A program made the position numbers and the translations under genes. Positions 54,782 to 64,000 of a DNA stretch of 64,000 bases are shown here, piece after piece; the stretch's first letter is position 1, and each line of letters starts with the position of its first letter. The notes beneath the pieces were generated by a model. The model was not told the origin of the DNA, searched no databases, and saw nothing but the letters and a program-made list of their open reading frames with translations. Source of the DNA: Rhina ancylostomus (Eukaryota); NCBI GenBank assembly GCA_030265395.1, contig JARFYF010000051.1, positions 18,705,824-18,769,823 of the forward strand, written 5' to 3'.

Positions 54782-54989
54782 GGACTGATGCTTCCTGGAA
54801 GTAGGGAAGGAAAACAGGATGAAAAGGATCTGCTGAAAATAATAGCAGGACCTCTTTTTTTTTGTTTTATTTGTTTTCTGTCCAACACTCACCAAGCTGA
54901 AAACACACAGATTGCAGAAGTGGAGACAATCAATGATCTCAAAAAGAAAATGAATAGGCACTGATGGAAAATAAACTTGCAAGGTTATA

Positions 54990-56050
54990 GGGATGAATAC
55001 AATTGGGAAGGAGCAGCCAGAGGAGTTCTTGATATTGCCTCTGGACTTCATGAAATCTCATGGCATCAGGTCAAACACAGGCAAGGAAATTCTTTGACTA
55101 CTACCTCCTGAGACCTCAGCTGATGAGCCATGCTGAACAACACTTGGAAGCAGTGCAACAATAATAAGGGCACAGAACACACTCCGTGTGGGGGCTTCCA
55201 AGTCTTTCACATAAAGTGGTTTGGTAGCACACAATTGCCTAAGGTGAGTGAAACAACACAAGATATAAACCTCCTTGACCTTGTCCCTATGAATGTATCA
55301 GCTGCAATTATATCTGTTAATGACAGCATTGACAGGACTGACAACAGTCCTAGATGAAGCTGCTCCTTCACAATGAGGTCACCATCAGGTTGTATGGCAC
55401 TGTGCTAAATGGGATAAGCTCAGGACAGATGAGGCATTTGAAAACTGAGCTATCATATGGGGCTGTGTAATGTAAGCAGTTGCAAAACTATCCAAAACCT
55501 GTAACCTCATATCTGGGCATATCACACAAGGCAGGGTTGAATGAGCAGAAGGGCATGTCAAGCCACACCACAAGTAACAAAAAATGATTGTCAATGGTTT
55601 CTACCCAACTTCATGGAAGCCACCCAACTATCCACAAATAAGGACAAATTCAACTTAATTAATTGTTCTCAATTAGTCTACGCTCAAACATTAGTAAAGC
55701 GTTAGAATGTGTTGGTTAACTGTGCTATCAAAAAGCACTTATTTACTAATAGACTCATTTATACTCAGGCTGCATTTAGCCTGGACTAATTTGGGTCCAG
55801 ATTAACAACAGCCTTGTTCACCTCTGGAGCTGAATTCCAGAAGTTACTGCCCTTAACATCAAGCATTTAAATGAGTGTGGCATCAAAAAACCTGGGTGAA
55901 TCTGAAATTAATGACAATCAAAGTGTAAACTCTCCAGTAGCTGGAATCACATCTCACACAAATGAAGGTGGTTATAATTGCTGGAGGTCCATAATCTCTG
56001 CCCACATCATCACTGCACAAATTTGAGGGCAGAGTCCTAGGCCCAACAAA
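54990..56050 (+). mobile_element. Decayed CR1/L2-group LINE fragment
   Basis: gcccttaacatcaagcattt (ALDIKAAF-like), actctccagtagctggaatcacatctc (TLQWLESYL-like) and gagggcagagtcctaggccc (QGSVLGP-like). Confidence 0.5.
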
Positions 56051-56174
56051 TTGCAGAAGTAGAGACTGATAGGCGCTGATGGAAAATAAACTAGCACAGT
56101 TATAGGGATAGCACAGCAGAAGGGGACTGACTTTGGCTGCTTTATCAATAAACCTTCTTCACTATAAGATGTGA

Positions 56175-56690
56175 TTCATAGTTATACAGCACTAAAATAT
56201 GCCCTTCAACTCATCTATGCTGACCAAAATGCCTATCCACGCTAATCCCATTTTCCTGAATTTGGCCCATACCCTTCAAAATTTTTCTGATCCATGTACC
56301 TGTCTGAATGTCTCTTAAACATTGTAATTGTTCCTTCCTCTACCACCTCATTCCATTACCCAGCCCCCTTTGTGTGAAAAACTTGCCCCTCAGATCCCCT
56401 TTGAATCTCCCCCCACTCACCTTAAACCTATGTGCTCTAGATTTAGACTCCCCTACCATGCGGAAAAAGCCTGCGACTATCTCTCCTATCTATGCTTCTC
56501 TATTTATAAATGCTATAAGGTACTTCGCTCTGGGAGAAGCCCCAGCCCNNNNNNNNNNNNNNNNNNNNNNNNNNNNNNNNNNNNNNNNNNNNNNNNNNNN
56601 NNNNNNNNNNNNNNNNNNNNNNNNNNNNNTTCCTACAGTATGGCAGAATACTGTAAGTGCAGCCTAACCAACGATTTGTACAACTGTATC
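56175..56690 (-). mobile_element. CR1-like LINE 3' end
   Basis: Reverse complement of the family at 43850-44226 (atccatgtacctgtc, tgtgtgaaaaacttgcccctcagatcccct, ctcaccttaaacctatg). Confidence 0.8.
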
Positions 56691-58596
56691 TGTAAAAGTG
56701 AGGAAGTTCACAGATGATTCCACAATTAAAATTCTATTCAAAATTCCTAAAACCCAATTTGTAAACAAGTTAACACACCGTCCCAGCTTGGAAATATAAA
56801 TCAGCTTTCCATCATTATCACTAGGTCTCAATGGTATAGCAAGGATGGGCAACAAATGCTGGTTTTGCCAACCAAGTCTACAGTCTATGAATGAATGGAA
56901 AAGCCCTCCCCCTTTATGTTCCCCCACATTGTAGTATAGCCTTAATATCGTGAGAACAAACTGATTCTTCAAGAGTACTTTAACACAATTAAATACAGTA
57001 CTTGTTATAGTTAAAGAAGAACCATTTCTGAATACCAACACTATTTTAACTATTTTCAAATTATGTGGTTTTAAAGCAAATTTTACAATTTGCATGTAAC
57101 ACTGTTAATAATTACCATTCCATACCTTTGGCAAAAAAAAGTGCCACATGACTAAGCAGCAGAGGAACCAATATTTTCTATGCACTTCAGACACAAAAAG
57201 TGCACAGTCTTGTATAATATTGTTTTAATTACAGCCTGTAATCAACTAAATGTTAGTTACGTAAAAGAAACTACTGTAAAAGTAAAGGGTGACATTGAGA
57301 GTACTATCATAACCCAAATTTAAGTGATCCTTTGTACAAACTCCATATCATAATTATAATAGCAATAATTACTATGTGTATTCGAGTGTAGATTATGACA
57401 AAAAGTAATTTATGCAACAATCTTACATCTGTACTTATTTTACATGCACATACAAAGAAAAAGTAAAACTGATATAATTACACATCAAGCAATTGTCTTA
57501 ATTGCCAGTCACCTTCCCAGTGTTAAATCCTGGGCCATACAGATACAATTACAAATAAACAGTCCCAGGCCTGATGAGTTTCTGTTGTGTACAAATTCTC
57601 TGCCAGAAAAATTGCTCTAATTTATCTCATTTTTTTCCTTATCTGTTGCATCATTTCCAGACTCATTGCTGCACCATCTGAGAAAGTTTATTCAATAATA
57701 ATAGTACAAGTTAGTGTTTAATAAAATGATAGTTAGGCTATGAACATTTCCATTCTGCAACATTCTTCTCAGTGTCTGCAGACAACTTTGCAACATCAGA
57801 AAATCTGCACGTTGTCAGAATTACCATCCAATCTAGTTTCATTTCAATCTCCCACTTCGTGAAAATGAGAATTCAGCATTTGTTGTTATTCTCCGGATAA
57901 GGAAAGCTAGGGAATACTATTTGGAACAACGCATAAATCTGTCATTTTGCAGTAACTGAAGCATTAAATTAAGATTAGCTTCTTTGATTTATGTGTTTTT
58001 AAGAACGGTCTTTGAGCATATTAAAATTCCTACACCTTTACTCGGTGGAAAGTAAACATCAATGAATCTAGATGCCAGAAACATGGAGAAGGAAATATTT
58101 AGGATGTGAAGAAAATGGGCAAGGGTTACAGAATGAATTGCTCCATTGATATCTCTACTCCATTCTATTCATGCAAGAAATGCTGAGAAATATCCTAAAG
58201 CCTCAAACAGTAATGGATACTTGCTCTTTTTCAGTTAATTTCTAAAATTTACTTGAAAATGACGATTGTTGAAGTCACATACAGACTTGAAGAAATATCA
58301 AACACCTGAATAAAGGCCATAATTTAAGATTTCACAAGCAGCATAGCAGGGCAAACTGTGCTAGTACACATTAATGCAAGACCTGCAGCAATAGCCAACA
58401 AATAGACATTACATCTTTCAGCGTTACAATCTGACCAGTGATTCCCATTAGGAGCTCATCAGGAAAAAAGAATCCTGCAGAATTATAACAATATAGCCCT
58501 AATGTTTAAAGCAGCAACATAAAGCAATCATTTAAAGCTGTTATTGTGCCTGAAGTCTTATAACAGCATGAAGCAGCTATTTGCCTGTCAACTTAC

Positions 58597-58695
58597 CATC
58601 TTTCTTTTTCTCTCTGCAATCTGCTCCTCAGACTCCATCTCTACTTCATTGCTAACTGGAGGTTTTTCTTCTATATCCTCAATAAAATCTGGCTC
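58597..58695 (-). CDS. KMT2E: KMT2E exon ([33 protein letters not shown])
   Basis: cttgcag|GAG CCA...AAG ATG|gtaagt. 99 nt, phase 0->0. Confidence 0.96.
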
Positions 58696-58848
58696 CTGCA
58701 AGATGGAAATGACTGCTTTACATGATCTGCACTACTCTCTCTACAGATGATGGAAAGCTATAATCTTGCTAGATTAGTCACTACTGGGGTATACAGCTGG
58801 CCATCAAAACAAGATTACTTACTGTATCAAGCACTACTACATTTTTAC

Positions 58849-59113
58849 CTGATTGTTAGTCAAAGACACCCTGAGGGGAGACAGTTTCCTCTGTTTGTTA
58901 TCTAATCCTTTAGTTTTGGTGGCCATTCCTTCAGCATCAGAAGAAATATTTTGATTTTGAGCATCCTTTTCTTTCAAGCTGTCTTTTTCTTTCTTTCCTT
59001 TTTTCCTTCTTGTTTCGTAACCAATGCTGATGTTCTCGGTTGGCTCCAAATTTTGTTTGAGGACTGGACAATCTGGATTCCCTTTCAGACAAGCACAATC
59101 CACTTTGTATTTA
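58849..59113 (-). CDS. KMT2E: KMT2E exon (post-[13 protein letters not shown]...[16 protein letters not shown])
   Basis: catacag|T AAA TAC...AAT CAG|gtaaaa. 265 nt, phase 2->0. Confidence 0.96.
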
Positions 59114-59987
59114 CTGTATGGAAGAACAAACAATGAGACTCTGATGCACATTACGAATAAAGCAATTCAGGCTGTTTTGTATGTAAACAGAAGCCAACTT
59201 TCTAAATAAACACCAAATTATATTCAATAATGCAACTGATTACTGGAGTGAACTGAGAAGAAAGTTCATAAATGCCATTTATACATGCAATGTACTTTGA
59301 ATGTACTTTCATCAATGTTGTTTGCAAAAGTGTACAGCAAGCTTCCCCCCACCATTACTTTATTTGCTCCTATGAATCTCTTTACTATCTTTTTACCTCT
59401 TTCCCCGTGTTAAACCTCCCTCAGTTTCTTCACTTTCATGAGTATCTCTCGGCTCCTTCTAACTGTGTCTTTCCCACTTCCTTCACCTGTGCTTCTTTCC
59501 CATCAACTTCAGCCACGTTCTTATCCCTCACTGCCTTTACATCCATCACTATTTCCGTGCGGCTTTACTTCTTTTTCTCCTCTATTCCTTCTCACTACAT
59601 TTTTTTACTACTTTCAACACATTTTCAATGGTGCTTTTTGTTTTTTTTAAACTTTCCTCTTCCAGTTGCCTCTGTAAATTTTCAATAAAAGAGACAGCAG
59701 TATTGGTACAAGAAAGAGTTAGAGAAAGCAGACACAGCTCTCGAATCATTCATGTAACTTCTCAACATTACATTAAAGTTTCAATTTAAAGCACAACGTA
59801 CCCTTTAAAACAACCATTTGTAAGATGCATATTTTTGTCCACATCTTTTTTTTCATTTAGATGTTGCTCCTTAGCAACTTCACTCAAACTCATAACATTA
59901 GATTCAATGTAGGCACCAAGGACACCCAGGTTTGCCTTTTAGCTCTTCACCGCCTCTAAATACTACTGCCACCACTCAACTACTTAC

Positions 59988-60097
59988 CAGTTTCCATAAT
60001 CAAAGTCAAATCCAATGGTAATTTCTGTACCCTTTGGAATGCTTCTCTTGGAGTAGATATGAAGATGTATCATACCATCTTCAATTATATGGCGAAC
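59988..60097 (-). CDS. KMT2E: KMT2E SET-domain exon ([37 protein letters not shown])
   Basis: tttatag|GTT CGC...AAC TG|gtaagt. 110 nt, phase 0->2. Confidence 0.96.
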
Positions 60098-60783
60098 CTA
60101 TAAATATATGAAAAATAAAAGAGAAGATCTCACTGGTCTGAATTCACAGCAAAAGCATCAATGGGATCATTTGGGTACTGTGATTAAAGAGAAAAAACAA
60201 ACTGCTGGTAACAGTTTAAGCATAATTAAACATGGAATTCAGGAAACTGCTGTCTTACCTATTCCAGTGAAAACTTTAAGCCTCACATCTTACAAAGCTA
60301 AACTGAACCTGCCAGAGACGCGGCATTGGAATATAAGGAAAACCAATAGTACTTTCTTTACTTACCTAATTATTACATTCAAAACTTTCCAGAAAATGTT
60401 AGGGCTACTCACTTAAAATCTCAATTCAACTATCATAATTCTTCCTAACAACCCGTTTCGCACTGAAACATCTGGCCTCTTAATTTAATTAGGGTTTGGA
60501 GACAAAAGTAAAAAAAACATTATCTCTGACTTCCCCCTCAATCTCACCTCTCCTTCCCACTTTCATTTTGTATTCTGTAGATGATCTGGCATGGATTTAA
60601 CTATATCAACTGACATCACTTGTTTCTGATCCCATGTGCCTCATTTACAATTACCCTCCTCACACACATCCCAGATTTCCTACAGAAAGTGCTGAGTGTA
60701 ATGAACTGCTGGTAGTACTTGTTCAATGCTGATTACAAAATTCAAACCTCAGTTAATGACATACATATCAAAATACAACCCAC

Positions 60784-60901
60784 CTCTGAATTTGGTATAC
60801 ATGACCGCCTAATGAATCGTGCTTCATTTCCAAATGTTCTCGCATCAACACACATTTCCAGTCCTCGAAAGTTTGAATAAAATAATACAAAGGGATAAGG
60901 T
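60784..60901 (-). CDS. KMT2E: KMT2E SET-domain exon ([39 protein letters not shown])
   Basis: tctccag|A CCT TAT...TCA GAG|gtgggt. 118 nt, phase 2->0. Confidence 0.97.
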
Positions 60902-62094
60902 CTGGAGATAAAGAGATAATTGTTGATTCATTTAAATGCTGAGTAACTAGAACATTTTAATACAAACTGTTCATAGCAACAAATTTCAAAAATTGTATGG
61001 TTCAACTGTTTTTCGCACAGGTGTATACAATCAACTGCCTCTCTCCAAAGGAGGATGTAAATGCTATTTTATTCTGAGATCTTGAAAATATTAGTTTTTT
61101 TTCAGTTACAGGAACAAATACTACATCCAAAGACGAAATTTGATATTTTTTTCTGTGGCTTCACTAGCCTTTATACATCTGTTCTGACGATAAAGCATGT
61201 TTCTGCTGACAGCAATTTAGCCCTACATCAGAAATAGCTCAAATCCCAATCAGTATATAGTTAGCTATGTTGGAGTGATGGGAGTAGGCATCACAGTTGG
61301 TGTCCACATACCTCTATTAGGTATCAGAGAGTAAGGTGGAGTGATGACATGGTGAGGGAAGGAAGTAGCCATGGTTCATACTCTTAATTACCTTAACCTC
61401 TGCTGAAACTATGCATATGGATAAGGGGGTAACAAAGAAAATGGAGGTCATGAAAATGCATGAGGTCACACCTTTACAAAGTGTCCATTCTCAGCAAAAA
61501 GTCACAAGGTCCTCCCAGCACTAGAACACTGAAACTTAAGACTATTCTTTCGAAAGGATTGCATCAAGAGGTCTTATTGAAGCATATTAAATAGGAATTA
61601 ACACAACAAAAAGATTTCAACTTAGGTTTGGTACTCATCTGTCAAGAACTGCTTAATAAAACTGTGGTGTTGGGCAAGGGCTCAGAGACTTTCTTGATTC
61701 CCTTTACCATAGGAAAGGATCTTGGAAAATACATCAAGCCTTTGGCACTGGTCACCACCTCGCCACATTCAGCATCATTAAAGTCAATGGAACCAAATGT
61801 ACAGAGATCAGTTCAATCAGTGACTGACATGCACTGACACATTTAGTATTGGCAAACAAGGAAATTAACTTCCCCCATTTGTTAAATCAGATAAAAACAC
61901 ATTCTACATCAAACACTTTGAAAGGAAAATAGTTTTGTTACAAGAGATTTTCTCTGCCTAATTCACATCTACATGTCATTCCTCAGCAAGGTCATTCAAA
62001 GATTTGTTTAATTCCATTTACACATTGTGAATGAACATCCAGCCTCACTTCTCCACTACGTAAATGAACAGGGAAAATAATGGTCTCTTTAGTC

Positions 62095-62725
62095 ATTAGG
62101 GAAGGCTAATGAAATATTGGCCTCTGTTGCAATGGAATGTAAAAATATTGAAGTTTTGATGCAACTTTACATGGTGCCAGTGGACTGCAACTAGAATATC
62201 ATGCATAGTTTTGATCTCCATATTTAAGGGAAGATATACTTGCATTGGAGACAGTGCAAAAGGAGGCTCAGTAGGGTGATTTCTGGGATAAAGGAGTTAG
62301 AATATAAAGGAAGGTTGGGCACTGAAGTTTAGAAGAGTGGGAGATAATCCTATTGAAAGATATAAGACTCTAAAGATACTGACAGACTGTCTGCTGAGAG
62401 AACATTCCCCCGATGGGGCTATGTAGAAATAGGTGATTTCTGAATAAGAGCTTGCTCATTTATGGTGGAATTAAGGACGAATTCCTTTTCTCAAAGGGTT
62501 GTGACTTTTTGGACGTCTCAACCAGACAGCTGTGGAAATGGAGTAAATGAATAAACACAAAGCAGAGATCGATAGATATTTGAACTAAATGGAATCAAGG
62601 TGTGTGGAGGGAGAGCAGGAAAGTGGCATTGAGCACAAGATTAGATCAGTGATGATCTAATGAATGGAAGAGCAAGTTTAACAAGCATTTTGGCTTACTC
62701 CAGCACCTGTTTCTCACATTATCAG
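62095..62725 (+). mobile_element. CR1-like LINE 3' portion
   Basis: gaaggctaatgaaatattggcc...gatatacttgcattggag...tttagaagagtgggag. Homologous to 40540-41110 and 46860-47470. Confidence 0.8.
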
Positions 62726-62977
62726 GATTTCAAAAACTGCACTGGGTGTTAAAAAGCTTTCACCAGAAAGATTGCTCATACAAACACATTACAAGAGTAT
62801 AGAGAAACAAACTTTCAACATTTGAAATGATGGCTCAGTGATATGGCCAGACCACTAAAGGTTATTGATACTGAAAACGCATAAGTAATTCCAGTCAATG
62901 TAATGATTTCAATGTTATTAGAGGTTTAAAGAATTTCATGGTTTTAAAAATTACTGAACACCATTTCTTAAACTTGC

Positions 62978-63108
62978 CTTTTGAAGAAATGCCCATTTGC
63001 TTCAAATTGTTCCCGTAACATAAACTTTCCACGATATTCAATAATGAAGGTATCAGGAAGCAAATCTTTGGTGGCTTTCAATATCTTTTTGTTTTTCTGC
63101 ACTTGACT
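62978..63108 (-). CDS. KMT2E: KMT2E SET-domain exon ([44 protein letters not shown]), GC donor
   Basis: tactttcag|AGT CAA...AAA AG|gcaagt. 131 nt, phase 0->2. Upstream exons (PHD finger) lie outside the window. Confidence 0.95.
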
Positions 63109-64000
63109 CTGAAAGTAAAAGTAAACTTTATAACCTAACAATATTGCTTGGGATATCTGGAGACACAATTGAATTGATGACACAAAAATTCATCATCACA
63201 ATTAGGTACCAAAATATAAAAGCCACCAGAATACAGAAAAGATGCAATCTTTTCTTTAATTAAGCATATGAAATTTTATGTTGGGTTTCTGCTCAATTTT
63301 TATAACGCTTTAATATGCTAGATATTTTTAACATGACAGTATAAAGAAATAATAATTTAAGAAAATTTAAATTTATGCTTTATGAGATAAAGAAGCAGCT
63401 GTTAGAAACAGCCAACACAGATTCCAAGGTAGCAAACTTCAAACAAGTCCCTTAAGAAATTAACAGGAAATGAGAGATAGGAGAAACATAGCAGATGTAA
63501 CATACACTGACTTAAGAAAAGCTTTGAACAAGGAAACATATGGAGGATAGTGGGAAAATGAATTAGGCAGATTAGCAAATTGGATTGAATATTAGTTGGA
63601 CAAAACAGATTGAGAGTTAAAGCAGAACTTAGAAATAGGTAGCAATATTCCAAAGGCTCTGGGATGCTTCCATTCAATTATGGAATTACGTCAATGTCTT
63701 GGAGTTACACAAAAAGAGAGAGATGTCAAAAGTTGTAGAGAACAACAAAACAGGACATTTTTAATACTGTAGAAAACCAAAGGAAACTGCAAAGTGGTGA
63801 GCCTTCCATGCATGTGGACTTGGGAAGAGCACACACTCCTTTCAGCTCCACATTCAATTAAGTATATTTTAAAAAATTTAGCTTGATTTTTGTTGTTTTT
63901 TCTTTTTTAAGGACTGTCCATTGGACCAGATACAACCCAGTCTTGCAATAAGCATCTTAAACTGATGTCCTTCTTTGGATATGCAGGTGGCCTTCTGCTT

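Noticed and set aside
59272-59688. 138-aa F/S/L-rich ORF
   Set aside because: Pyrimidine-rich low-complexity intron sequence that naturally lacks stop codons.

Overview
This is AT-rich eukaryotic genomic DNA from a draft assembly with many N gaps. It contains the 3' halves of two convergent, intron-rich vertebrate genes. SRPK2 (SR protein kinase 2) is on the + strand with 8 coding exons from 70 to the stop at 19515. KMT2E/MLL5 is on the - strand with 17 coding exons, from the SET domain at 63108 to the stop at 28735. All exons were placed by hand with phase-consistent splice sites. The tail-to-tail order matches the known human arrangement. Introns hold decayed CR1, L2, Rex1 and Penelope-like elements and V-SINE-like elements, which suggests a cartilaginous fish (inference). 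The most interesting signals concern splicing. SRPK2 has two homologous 93-nt exons (12098-12190 and 12747-12839) encoding an SRPK2/3-type or an SRPK1-type docking-groove segment. Around them lie a distal branch point, a candidate poison exon and flanking complementary elements. KMT2E has a candidate alternative exon at 31508-31572, a GC-AG intron inside the SET domain and two large intronic inverted duplications. Gene and repeat identities rest on recalled family sequences, not database searches, and repeat boundaries are approximate.
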